Below the pieces are notes generated by a model that saw only the letters and a program-made list of their open reading frames with translations, did no database searches and was not told the DNA's origin. The translations under genes were made by a program, and so were the position numbers. From Myxococcota bacterium (GTDB lineage Bacteria > Myxococcota_A > Polyangia > Polyangiales > Houyiibacteriaceae), in contig JBCCEA010000005.1 in assembly GCA_039030515.1 (NCBI GenBank), positions 64,001 through 128,000 on the forward strand: 64,000 nucleotides of DNA, read 5' to 3'. How positions within the stretch are numbered: position 1 is the stretch's first letter; every line of letters starts with the position of its first letter. This document shows, one piece after another, positions 38,206-47,854 of this stretch.

Positions 38206-38924
38206 TGGTAGCGCCTCCATAGTTCTTCTTTGACGATTGCGTAGAACACCTTGTTCTTGACGGAGCGGTGTTGCTCCAGCCGGTCCCACACTTCATCCGA
38301 ATGTGCGTCAAGTTCATTTTGAATGAATACGTCGATATCTAGAACCACTGATGCAGAAGTGTCCTCGGGTTTCACAGGCTGTACCAGCATAGTCACGATA
38401 CAGGAGGAGCCCTCGCTCTCAAAAGGGATTACCGAGCGTACCAGGAGCTCCGACATACTTGCCGGGAGGGCTGCGGGAGTCCTGACCTCGAGAGCGAAGA
38501 AGTGCCCAAGGTCACCGATGGGAAGCTCCAGGTCCATCCTGTTCACGTAGCGGACAGCTGTTCGAACCACTCGTTTTGGGCTGGCCGCAGTTCGATACAC
38601 GTTCCAGAGCCCACGAGCCTTGTCCCGCAGCTCCTGCCAGGACTCGTATCCGTTTATCCGGCTTATCGAGAACCCATTGGGTCGTGTCTGAGCCGCCCAA
38701 TGATCCGCCGAATCGCGGAATTCGAAACCATTGGATCGTCGACCCACATTTGTTTCGTCGGATGCCAGCCCTACACGAAGCTCCTGCATCGGCCGAACTT
38801 TCGGGAAGGTTTGGCCGAGCTGAGATTTCAGGGCTTCAAGCGAGGTCGAATCGACGGTAGGTTCGACTCGGATATCCAGAAGAGCTTCCACGATGGGAGC
38901 GCGCGACAGGTGTGGTATATCCAC
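38202..38924 (-). CDS. TIGR04255-family protein
   Basis: N-terminal APIVEALLDIR, YESW, VRYVNR, VLDID, C-terminal KNKVF pattern. Confidence 0.85.
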   Translation of the reverse strand: MDIPHLSRAPIVEALLDIRVEPTVDSTSLEALKSQLGQTFPKVRPMQELRVGLASDETNVGRRSNGFEFRDSADHWAAQTRPNGFSISRINGYESWQELRDKARGLWNVYRTAASPKRVVRTAVRYVNRMDLELPIGDLGHFFALEVRTPAALPASMSELLVRSVIPFESEGSSCIVTMLVQPVKPEDTSASVVLDIDVFIQNELDAHSDEVWDRLEQHRSVKNKVFYAIVKEELWRRYQ

Positions 38925-39272
38925 CCCACGAAATTATCACTGAAAGCTCGGATCGTCGAGAGATCACTGCTGATCTCCCTCATGAGCACTCGTCCTCGGC
39001 CGGCGCCCCTCAGGCATGGCCGAACGGTGTGGCTTCACTTGAACAAGCCGCCGATTGGCAGAGCCTCTGGCGCTGTCATGCCATCCAAGGTGCTCTTCGG
39101 GTTGGCAGGTCGCGTCGCCCGGCATTGCTCTAGGATTAGGGCATCCTACTGGGAAGCGGCCTCCGACGATCAACGACGTCTCTGATCGTCGGAAGCCACT
39201 CTTGAAGCGCTCGTTCCCGGTTGCTCCTTTAGCTTGGTCGTCTCGGCCATTGCGGTCACCATGGATCACAGA

Positions 39273-39770
39273 ATGTCACGATCTTCATCCAAGCTAACCG
39301 AGGCTCAGCGACTGGCTCTCATGTCTCTTCTTGGGGGTTCGTCGTCGACCGAAGCGGCAGAGGTTGCCGGAGTAGCTCGTGAAACGGTGTCCCGTTGGCG
39401 TAGCCGGAATCCCGACTTCATTGCGGAATACAACGACCGACGGGCTGCCGCATGGGAGTCTGGAATGGCTAACCTGCACGCCCTGCTTGATAAGGCGACC
39501 TCAGCGTTGGGAGACCTGCTTGGGAACTACGACACTCCAGCCAGCATCCGGCTCCAGGCGGCCTCCCTAGTGTTGAAGACGCTGAGAGTTCCCGAACTTG
39601 CACGAGCACCAGACGTCGATGCGCCCCGCACTTCTCGAGCCGTCTCAGATGCCATGGCAGCGGAGGACCGGCGGCAGGCTCGTGTTGGTCATGAGGATGC
39701 GCTCATTGAAGACGCGCTACGAGATCTGGAAAAAGTGCTGTCTGAGAATCTCAAGAAAACCGCTGTTTAG
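39273..39770 (+). CDS. Helix-turn-helix protein of the type found in phage satellites and small elements
   Basis: LTEAQRLAL...EAAEVAGVARETVSRW...PDF...IRLQAA. Confidence 0.75.
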   Translation: MSRSSSKLTEAQRLALMSLLGGSSSTEAAEVAGVARETVSRWRSRNPDFIAEYNDRRAAAWESGMANLHALLDKATSALGDLLGNYDTPASIRLQAASLVLKTLRVPELARAPDVDAPRTSRAVSDAMAAEDRRQARVGHEDALIEDALRDLEKVLSENLKKTAV

Positions 39771-40088
39771 AAGGTTTTCCGTTTTTACGGCAAAATTATT
39801 TTCGATCGACTTGCTTCAAATTGGCCAATAACTAGATGTGAAGCCAGACGACCCCCGGGGCCTCGGCCGAAGACAAGTCCTGCCCTCCGCCCCCGCCCGC
39901 AGATCGGCACCCATGAAGACCCGAGCTACGAGGCTTGGTTCCTTACCGGCCGCAGTGCGAGATATGAGGGGGAAAGTCGGCCCCCCCCCAACGCGCGCGC
40001 TTTAGGGCGCAGCCGAAGGTCGGTAGGCCTGAGGGCTACGCCCCCACAGCATGAAAAACTAGGGTTTCGAACTCTGGCCCGACGAACA

Positions 40089-41102
40089 GTGTCCAGCTTC
40101 GTCGACGCCATCAAGCTCGCGGGTGAGCCATCTGGAGAACGCTTCTCCATCACGCTCACGGTCAGGCCGCCTTTCGACTGCTCGCTCGTCGTTCTCGCTC
40201 CGAAGATTCGCGGTTTTCTGAGGGCGCTGGATGGCAACTCAACCAGCGCGGTCCTGGCGCCTGACCGGCGGCCGAGCAACGGAGCGTGGCATGCCCATGG
40301 GGTGATCTGGGTAGGAGAGGCGATGACGCTCGGTATGGTGCGTCACCAGTGGCGTTCTCTGTTTCATCCGGGGAGGAAGCCAAACCGCCGTCACGGCGTG
40401 TTCCTCGATGAAAATCCTAGTCTTTGGAGCGCGATGGTTCATTCCTGGAGCTTCTCCCGTGCTGGAAGATTCCACGTTCCTCCCCTGGAAAAGCGGACGT
40501 TCGCCACGACCAGTCTTCAGCCGATAGTCGAGCGTGTTTGGGAAGCGCCTCAGCTTCGTCCCCAACTCACCTCCGGACATATCACCCAGCGCCGGCTCCC
40601 TCGAACCGACTACGGATGCGAAGCGCGACGACGTCGTGGTCCGAAATGTTCCTGGTGTGGCACGTCGCTGAAGGCCGAGACCCGTCGCTGGTTGACGAAA
40701 GTCGGCCGTGGAGAGCCACCTCGATTCTGCGGCAAGGATGATCGACGGGAGCGCAACCGGGCCATCAAACATGCAACCGGTTCGTTGACCGGTGAACAGG
40801 TGGCCTGGCTGAGAGCTTACGTCGCAGCGAGGGAGCTAGGTCGACCCGGAGGGAGTCACACGTCACCCAATCGGACTCCATATCTGACCCGCGATGTTAT
40901 TCGAAGCGGTCGAATCTGGTTGGACTTCTATGAGGGTGCGGCCTTGCCCGAAGCTAGGGAGACTCCCCTGGCGGCCAATAGCTGGCGATGTGCCTGGTGC
41001 CGCTTTGTATCTTCGGAGGCTTCCTCTGCCGAATCGGAGGGGCAACTACTGCCGAGATTCAGCGCGGCTCAGGGGTCTGTCACGCCGATTGACTCGGTTT
41101 GA
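40089..41102 (+). CDS. HUH-endonuclease (rolling-circle Rep)-like protein with C-terminal Cys cluster
   Basis: Motif 1-like ITLTV, motif 2 WHAHGVI; CSWCG...RFCG; no clear catalytic YxxK. Confidence 0.5.
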   Translation: MSSFVDAIKLAGEPSGERFSITLTVRPPFDCSLVVLAPKIRGFLRALDGNSTSAVLAPDRRPSNGAWHAHGVIWVGEAMTLGMVRHQWRSLFHPGRKPNRRHGVFLDENPSLWSAMVHSWSFSRAGRFHVPPLEKRTFATTSLQPIVERVWEAPQLRPQLTSGHITQRRLPRTDYGCEARRRRGPKCSWCGTSLKAETRRWLTKVGRGEPPRFCGKDDRRERNRAIKHATGSLTGEQVAWLRAYVAARELGRPGGSHTSPNRTPYLTRDVIRSGRIWLDFYEGAALPEARETPLAANSWRCAWCRFVSSEASSAESEGQLLPRFSAAQGSVTPIDSV

Positions 41103-41333
41103 TACGCCAGCTGGATTGCCGCAACGCCTACAAGAGGTCTGGCGATGGCATCACGACCACGCCCTGAAACGTGGGCAGGTAGATCCTATTGTTTGCGCCT
41201 GGGAGGGTCTTGCCCGAAATGTGAGAAAGTCAGGCCAACCCGGCGAAAGAGAATTACTGCAGCGGCACTCGCGTGCTCCCGGCTCGCATGTTGATGGGGA
41301 TAGCTGGGTACCAGAGGGAAGCTTGCAAGCCTG

Positions 41334-41825
41334 ATGAGCCAAGAAAGCTCATCGCTACAGTGGCTGTCGCTTCGCGACGCTGCGGCCTACGTCGGATTCA
41401 CGCCGTCTGGGCTACGGACCGTGCTTTATCGCGGTGAGCTGCGGTCGGATGGCCGAGGCGCCGGCAACACACACCTTTTCCGTCGGGAGATCTTGGACTC
41501 ATGGGTCGTTCGAAGAGCCGAGCGCTACGCTTCTCGGCAGCATGCAACAGCCGGGGTTGGAGATGAAGATGCGCAAGAAATCGACGCGCACGAAGTACCC
41601 CGGTGTGAAGAAGATCGCGCCAGGTCGCTTCCGAGTTCGCGCGAAGTTGAAGGATCCTCGCACCGGTCGATTCGTGGAAATCGATCGGGAGATCGAAGCA
41701 GGAAGCGTGCGGGACGCGTCCCTCGTCCGCGAGGAACTCCGTCAGGAGATCCTCGACGTCGGCGCGCTCCTGAATCCTCAGCGGGTGACCGTTGGGGAAT
41801 ACGCGAAGCGATGGGCCTCGCGTAA
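41334..41825 (+). CDS. Excisionase-like winged HTH protein overlapping the integrase
   Basis: WLSLRDAAAYVG...GEL...FRREILDSW in the first 60 aa. Confidence 0.75.
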   Translation: MSQESSSLQWLSLRDAAAYVGFTPSGLRTVLYRGELRSDGRGAGNTHLFRREILDSWVVRRAERYASRQHATAGVGDEDAQEIDAHEVPRCEEDRARSLPSSREVEGSSHRSIRGNRSGDRSRKRAGRVPRPRGTPSGDPRRRRAPESSAGDRWGIREAMGLA

Positions 41826-42753
41826 GTCCCCCGAGCTGAAGCCGTCCACCCGGGTCCGCTACAAGGACGCCCTCGAACACATCTGCGACCACCTCGGTCA
41901 CGTCTACCTCGACCGTCTCACCGTCGACGACATCGTCGAATGGCGGGATCGTCAGAAGCTCGCCCCGTCGACCGTCAACGGGCGCCTTCGGGTCCTCAGG
42001 ACGATGATGAAGGCGGCAACACACGAGCTTTGCCTCGCACGGAATCCCGCCGAGTACGTCGGGGCGATCCGCGACCCGAAGGACACCGACGACAACGTTC
42101 TGAGCGCGAGCGAGCTGGCCGACGTGCTCGCTTTCGTCGAGAGTGAACGCCCGCACTGGTATCCCTTCTTCCTCACTGCGGCAGTCACCGGCGCACGCTT
42201 TGGGGAACTCTCCGCGCTTCAATGGTCGGACATCGATCACGAGCGGCGCCAGATCCACATTCGACGCGCTCAGGTGCGTGGCCACGTCGGAGACACGAAG
42301 ACCGGCGAGCGTCGCAATGTCCCGATGCCGGAGCAGCTGTCCGAGGCGCTACGAAGCCATCGCCGGCGGCTGGTGGCGGAACAGGCTCCAGGCCTTGCCG
42401 TCGGATGGGTCTTCCCCAGCCGGACCGGCGGCCTGATGTACAACTCATCGCCGTCGAGGGCCCTGAGAGCGGCTTTGAGGCAGTGCGAAATCAGCAGGCC
42501 TTTCACCTTTCACGGATTCAGGCACGCTTTCAACGATTTGACTCGTCGAGAAGTGTCGGGAAAGGTCGTTCGATCTATCACCGGTCACGTCACCGAAAAG
42601 ATGACGGAGCACTACTCCCACGTGGATTTCGAGGAGAAACGACTGGCGGTGAATGCCGTCATCGGCCTGATCGACCGGAGTTGGGAGACAAAAAGTTGGG
42701 ACGCAGGTGGGGACGCCTGCGATCCCCTTGACACCCCCGCCCGCAATAGCTAG
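41569..42753 (+). CDS. Tyrosine recombinase/integrase
   Basis: TGARFGEL (R), TKTG (K), HGFRH (HxxR), TGH, EHYSH (Y); GGAG RBS before ATG 41569. Confidence 0.96.
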   Translation: MRKKSTRTKYPGVKKIAPGRFRVRAKLKDPRTGRFVEIDREIEAGSVRDASLVREELRQEILDVGALLNPQRVTVGEYAKRWASRKSPELKPSTRVRYKDALEHICDHLGHVYLDRLTVDDIVEWRDRQKLAPSTVNGRLRVLRTMMKAATHELCLARNPAEYVGAIRDPKDTDDNVLSASELADVLAFVESERPHWYPFFLTAAVTGARFGELSALQWSDIDHERRQIHIRRAQVRGHVGDTKTGERRNVPMPEQLSEALRSHRRRLVAEQAPGLAVGWVFPSRTGGLMYNSSPSRALRAALRQCEISRPFTFHGFRHAFNDLTRREVSGKVVRSITGHVTEKMTEHYSHVDFEEKRLAVNAVIGLIDRSWETKSWDAGGDACDPLDTPARNS

Positions 42754-42756
42754 GTG
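42728..42756 (+). promoter_or_regulatory. Element-borne replacement promoter for tRNA-Gly
   Basis: TTGACA-17 nt-TAGGTG, 12 nt before the tRNA; overlaps the last integrase codons. Confidence 0.75.
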
Positions 42757-42768
42757 TTTCGACCTCTT

Positions 42769-42844
<76 letters not shown>

Positions 42845-43150
42845 AACACCTTGTGCGCTTCTCGCTTTCATAAAATCAAGACGGTGGCGACTCGATCTTG
42901 CGTCCGATACTCGGAAATGCATCCACGAGGATGTTCTCCTGTCATGAAGCGTTGGGTCAGCAGAAATAGGCTGAAACAGCGAATTCTGCAGTTCAACGTA
43001 CGTTACGGCCGATCACGCTAAACGCCAGCAGCATCCCTTGCTGGTGCAACCTGACCAGTTTTGCGTGCGGAGGTAGTATGAGCGAGCGCTCGCGCTTCGA
43101 ATCGATCCAGTATCCGGCAGAGTGGATCTTGAGCAAACACGGGCCGGGCT

Positions 43151-44335
43151 TTGAAATCCTTCTCGGCGATGCCGCAAGTTTCGCGAGGACTGCATAACGC
43201 ATACAGCGAAATAGCGACGGAGAACCGTGCCAAGCGTAACGATTACGCTGTCGAGGCAGCCAACGCAGCTGCGCTCGCCAAGTTTCGGTTAAGGACCGGA
43301 AACTGCAGCATCAAGGGGTTGGCGTTTGCCGGGGGAACGAGCCGCCCGGGCCATGGGCAGTTGATTCAAGTGAACGCCGCTGACGAGCAAACAAGCATCT
43401 TGCGTTTTGGCGACAAGGTCGTTCGAGTTGGAAGCATCCCAGGCAAGCCGATCGCGGTCAGCGAAGACGGCTCCCATATCGCTTTAGCAATCGACGACCA
43501 TATCTGCGTTTTCGACCCTTGGAGTCGCATTTTGGGGAGCGTACCGAGACGGGGCGCGAGGGTCCTCTCGATCGCCGTTTCTGTACATGCTGGATTGCTT
43601 CTTGTCTTAGACCAGGGCTTCGTACCGCCGGGCGGCACCGGCGTACTGCAAACATCTACGCTCCGAGCCTATGATCTCCAAAGGCATACGTTTCTTTGGA
43701 GATGCCCCAACCTGCATCCAAGTGCGCTCGTATCATGTTCGCCATGCGGGACTATGCTAGCGCTGAGCCGTGGCGATCGGATCGACTTGTGTTCACTTCA
43801 CAAAACTCTTGGTCCCGCAAAGCACACTACCCTGGGCTGCGGAGGGCTTGGCTTCTTTCCTAAACGCAAAGCAACGCAAATCGCAAATCTGTCGTTTTCA
43901 TCACACCGCGTGCACGGACTCATCTTGGCCGCACTCTTGTCAACTGGAGAAGTACAGCTTTGGAAACAAAGACGCTTTCCAGCGCCTCTTCGATTTCAGA
44001 AACTTGGAAGCGTTCGAGGTTGGTCAGGAGGCGGGGCATCGCTGGTCAGGTCACGGCAGCCGCGCGAAGGCTCTCTGATGTGGTCACCAGGAGGGCGATA
44101 CCTCGCGGTCAGTAGTGACTGCGATCCAAGCCAGAAAAGGCCTAGGCTGTGCGTTCTGGACCTCGATAACAATATCTGGAGAGATACTGAGTTGTCTCCT
44201 GCAGACAGCGGAATCTTGGCGATCTCAGACACCGAAGTGTTTACCGCCGACCGCCGTAGTCCCTGCAGCATCACCCGGAAGAAACTCCAACCAAATGCTG
44301 CATCGAGTCGGACAGCCCAGCCCGTTCAATCTTGA
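43151..44335 (+). CDS. Hypothetical beta-propeller protein, paralog of 35526-36692 (5' end possibly frameshifted)
   Basis: KPIAVSEDGS, LQTSTLRAYDL, EGSLMWSPGGRYL align with the paralog; a GGAGG-preceded ATG at 43078 is out of frame. Confidence 0.65.
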   Translation: MKSFSAMPQVSRGLHNAYSEIATENRAKRNDYAVEAANAAALAKFRLRTGNCSIKGLAFAGGTSRPGHGQLIQVNAADEQTSILRFGDKVVRVGSIPGKPIAVSEDGSHIALAIDDHICVFDPWSRILGSVPRRGARVLSIAVSVHAGLLLVLDQGFVPPGGTGVLQTSTLRAYDLQRHTFLWRCPNLHPSALVSCSPCGTMLALSRGDRIDLCSLHKTLGPAKHTTLGCGGLGFFPKRKATQIANLSFSSHRVHGLILAALLSTGEVQLWKQRRFPAPLRFQKLGSVRGWSGGGASLVRSRQPREGSLMWSPGGRYLAVSSDCDPSQKRPRLCVLDLDNNIWRDTELSPADSGILAISDTEVFTADRRSPCSITRKKLQPNAASSRTAQPVQS

Positions 44336-44475
44336 TATTCGGCGTTCGTCACGCATCCCCTGCGCACCTGCTCCCATCAGACGCGTAGGTCCCGTTCGAA
44401 AGCCTGCAGGCATCTGCCGGACCGAAGATCAAAACATTGTGCGCAACTCGAGACATATGCAGCCGATGACTGGGT

Positions 44476-45540
44476 ATGACGCGATTCCAAATCTCTCAGA
44501 GGCATCAAATCCTTCAAACCGGCGGAGTACAAAAGAACGAACGCCATATCTCACCAAAAACGCAAAAATGCACTTCTCGTAAACTCACCGATCTACCGTG
44601 CCTGTCGACCCAAGAGCCGGCCATCCAAACGAAGATGTCCGCTCCAAGTACATCCCGATCGGGCTTCCTTCCGTCGGCAGCAGCCGGGTTGGCTATATCC
44701 CAGCCTGATCGGTCCCAGCCTGACCGATCTCAGACTAGTCGATCCGAGTGTGACCGGTCCCAACCGGTAGCGCTTCGGGACATACTGAAAAACCTTGTCC
44801 TTCCGTCCATCCGTCCGATAGGCCCGGCGGTGCGTAACAAGGCGGCAACCAAACCCTACTCCAACTCGGCAGGTCAAGTTCGGTCTACCCAGTCCAAGAC
44901 GCATGCCTGTGTCGTTAAGGACGTCATCGCTAGCCGACATCGGGCGTTTGGGGTTCAGCCAGGATTGCCGGTGCCACCTGATGCGCTGCAAACGTTCACC
45001 GGAAAAGCATGTCAGCTTCTAAGAGACAGTCGGTTCAAGATTCACGTTGCCCAACTACTCACCCCACTGCCTCCATCGCTGCGAAGTGGTTTACCGGACG
45101 ATGAATTCATGTCGCTATTCATCGAGTTGGTGCTCATTCATGTGCATTCGGGAGGTTTGCTGGTGCTAGTACCAACCTCTGATGTATGCGACACGGAGCT
45201 AGAGGTCACCGAGCTTTTGCTCCATCTGGTCGCCAAAAGTGAGGAACACCGAGACTTCTTGGTAAGAAGCGTACGCTTCAATCCGTGGCCGGCCATCTAT
45301 GAAACGCGAATGGCGTCCGTAACGATCGATTCTCTCCTCGCGGACGCACATAAAATCGACAATGTCTACCAAAGTGCCTTTCCGCAGCCGCCTCAAGTCG
45401 AGCCGGCTACGGTGTTGTCAGCACTACGCTCGTTACGCTATCCGGTACTCACAGCCGACCAATGGGTGCGTTGGGTTACATGCCTCGACCAGCGTAGCGA
45501 CTCTGTTTTAGAACTGGAAGCCGCTATGAACCAAACCTAG
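44476..45540 (+). CDS. Hypothetical protein
   Basis: 354-codon ORF, low-complexity N-terminus (QPDRS repeats), helical C-terminus; start uncertain. Confidence 0.45.
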   Translation: MTRFQISQRHQILQTGGVQKNERHISPKTQKCTSRKLTDLPCLSTQEPAIQTKMSAPSTSRSGFLPSAAAGLAISQPDRSQPDRSQTSRSECDRSQPVALRDILKNLVLPSIRPIGPAVRNKAATKPYSNSAGQVRSTQSKTHACVVKDVIASRHRAFGVQPGLPVPPDALQTFTGKACQLLRDSRFKIHVAQLLTPLPPSLRSGLPDDEFMSLFIELVLIHVHSGGLLVLVPTSDVCDTELEVTELLLHLVAKSEEHRDFLVRSVRFNPWPAIYETRMASVTIDSLLADAHKIDNVYQSAFPQPPQVEPATVLSALRSLRYPVLTADQWVRWVTCLDQRSDSVLELEAAMNQT

Positions 45541-45578
45541 TTGTATTGCGTAAACAATAGCCTAGAGAGCTTATCTCT

Positions 45579-45947
45579 CTATTGACTCGCGCGATTGGTC
45601 ACCTGGATTCTTCGAGGTTTCGCAGCCTCGGACTTACCCAGCTGCACGCGAAGGACTCCGTTTTGCAGTTCTGCTTGAATCTGCTCTGGATCAACCGTCC
45701 TCGGCACGCGAAATACGCGTGAAAAAACGAGAGGCTCAAAGCCATCGAATTCGCTCTTTTGTTGCGCTCCTTCAATCAGCAGTTCAGAGCCGTCAAGGCG
45801 TACATTGAGCTGTTCCGGGGGCACTCCAGGAAAGTCTGCAGTGAGTAGTATTTCCTCCTTATTTTCGAATACATCTACCCGAACGGGTACCGCGGCTGGC
45901 TTGTGATCCATCCGTTCAGTTGGTTGCTCGATTGGATTTTGATTCAT
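45579..45947 (-). CDS. Hsp20/alpha-crystallin small heat shock protein
   Basis: PVRVDVFE, ADFPGV, AELQNGVL, KPRRIQV. Confidence 0.93.
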   Translation of the reverse strand: MNQNPIEQPTERMDHKPAAVPVRVDVFENKEEILLTADFPGVPPEQLNVRLDGSELLIEGAQQKSEFDGFEPLVFSRVFRVPRTVDPEQIQAELQNGVLRVQLGKSEAAKPRRIQVTNRASQ

Positions 45948-45990
45948 GACATGGATCCTTTTCGCTATGCACTGTATTCAAATATCTATT

Positions 45991-46446
45991 TTATATCGAC
46001 TTGACAGAGATCTTCCGAGGCTGCTCACTCGCCTGCTTGTGCAACTCCAATGTGAGAACACCGTGTTGCAGAGATGCGTTCGTCTTCTCCGCATCCACTC
46101 GAAATGGGAGCGTGAATCGTCTTGTAAACTCGAGATCGGTGCGTTCACGGCGATGAGGTTCGTATCCTTCGGGGGTGTTCAGCGCTCGAGTACCTTCAAC
46201 GGTGAGATTATTTTCTTCCAGAGAGATTCGGAGGGCATGCTCATCCATACCTGGTACTTCAATACGCAGTTTTAGTGCTTGCTCCGTATTTTTCGTGTGG
46301 ATTCTCGGAGCGCCACGAGCGAAAGCGCTCGGCTTTTGGTGGTCAAAATCTTCAAAGAACCGATCCATTTCTCTGCGAAAACTATCCCAAGAGGCTAGCT
46401 GTGGAGCTGTTCTTCTTATGCCGATGTCATTCCAGCGTACGAGCAT
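45991..46446 (-). CDS. Hsp20/alpha-crystallin small heat shock protein
   Basis: EVPGM, HRRER, FTRRFTLP, ASLQHGVL, QPRKISV; AAGGAG RBS. Confidence 0.93.
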   Translation of the reverse strand: MLVRWNDIGIRRTAPQLASWDSFRREMDRFFEDFDHQKPSAFARGAPRIHTKNTEQALKLRIEVPGMDEHALRISLEENNLTVEGTRALNTPEGYEPHRRERTDLEFTRRFTLPFRVDAEKTNASLQHGVLTLELHKQASEQPRKISVKSI

Positions 46447-46824
46447 TAGGTTTCTCCTTTTTATTACCACACACTGAATGGATATTATTCTCCACGACTC
46501 AGAACCGTGAGCAGATCCCACGATGCAAGAGAGTGATAAACAACCTTCAGTCTACTGGGCAGAGTTCATTAAATTTGCAGAACCCATACACGCTAAGACG
46601 ACAAACTCTGGGCCAATTGGCGCGTACACCAATCGCATTACCGGCGCACCACTTTGTCAACTTGCGTATTCTGTCGTCTACGTGTTCAGGGATAACCACG
46701 CACCTATACGTGTCAACCGCGGGGCCTGGCTGTGATGACCGGACTCATCTCACAAAACGTGAGTGAGGCGATCCAGAAGCTCATGCTCGAACAAAGGCTG
46801 CACATCTAAGCGCGCAAAGACAAA

Positions 46825-46884
46825 ACTAAACAGCGCGCATGGGCTGGACACTAAACAGCGCGCATGGGCTGGACACTAAACAGC
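46825..46884. repeat. 25-bp tandem repeat x2.4 overlapping the xth stop codon
   Basis: ACTAAACAGCGCGCATGGGCTGGAC repeated. Confidence 0.92.
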
Positions 46885-47667
46885 CGAATCTGCTGATATA
46901 TCGCAACATACCGGAGCGTGGTCGGACGGAGTCCACCCGTTCAGTTTCTTTCGCCAGGTACGCTCGACAAACACGTCCTCTACTGAGTCCGCAAGAGCGC
47001 GAGAGCTGAGGACCAGGTCGATCCTCAACCCGTGTCCTTTGTGAAATGCCCCCCCTCGATAGTCCCACCAGGTAAAGGATTGCTGGTCGGGATACTTCTC
47101 GCGGTAGAGATCGTGCAGGCCGAGGTCCCGCAGACTCTGAAATCTTTGGCGCTCCGCCTTCGTATGGAAGATAGAACCCTGAAACAACTCCTCATTCCAG
47201 CTATCAACGGGATCTGGGACGATATTAAAATCGCCACAAACAACCAGAGGGGTCTGCTCTGTACACTTTGAGTGCAGAAACGCGTGCAGCTTATCGAACC
47301 AACCCAGTTTTCTGGCGTAGTCTTCGTGCTCGATACTCTTACCGTTCGGGCAGTACACCGTGATGAACTCAAAGCCTAGGGGATGCTTTGCCGCGATAAG
47401 TCGCGCCCCTAGTTCTTCTGCATCCGGCAACCCTCGTTGAGTGATCTCGAGAGGCTCTTTGCTGAGAATAGCGACCCCGTTCCAGCTCTTCTGGCCGTGG
47501 GCGTAGGCGTGGTATCCACGCTCCTCGAAGTTGGATTGAGGAAATTGCGCATCCTGCATCTTCAACTCCTGCAACCCAACGATGTCCGGCTGTACTTCCT
47601 CAAGCCAGGCCTCGAGGTATGCCGAGCGCGCTCGGAGTCCGTTGACGTTCCAGGTAGCGATCCGCAT
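46876..47667 (-). CDS. xth: Exodeoxyribonuclease III
   Basis: ATWNVNGLRAR, LQELK, YCPNG, GDFNI, WWDYR, LRID, SDHAP. Confidence 0.96.
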   Translation of the reverse strand: MRIATWNVNGLRARSAYLEAWLEEVQPDIVGLQELKMQDAQFPQSNFEERGYHAYAHGQKSWNGVAILSKEPLEITQRGLPDAEELGARLIAAKHPLGFEFITVYCPNGKSIEHEDYARKLGWFDKLHAFLHSKCTEQTPLVVCGDFNIVPDPVDSWNEELFQGSIFHTKAERQRFQSLRDLGLHDLYREKYPDQQSFTWWDYRGGAFHKGHGLRIDLVLSSRALADSVEDVFVERTWRKKLNGWTPSDHAPVCCDISADSAV

Positions 47668-47854
47668 GTTCCAACCATAGTCTCCCGGTATCTGCGGTCG
47701 ACCCCCAAGAGTGATTTTTCAAGCCAGCCTTTGAGTGAGCTCGTGGCAGACAACTGGTTCGTGGCAGACAACTGATTGGGAGGAACATGGAACCGGCGAG
47801 GCCGCGTCGCAGCGCTCGGAGCAGGGCATCCACATGCTCAAGGTCACGCTTTAG

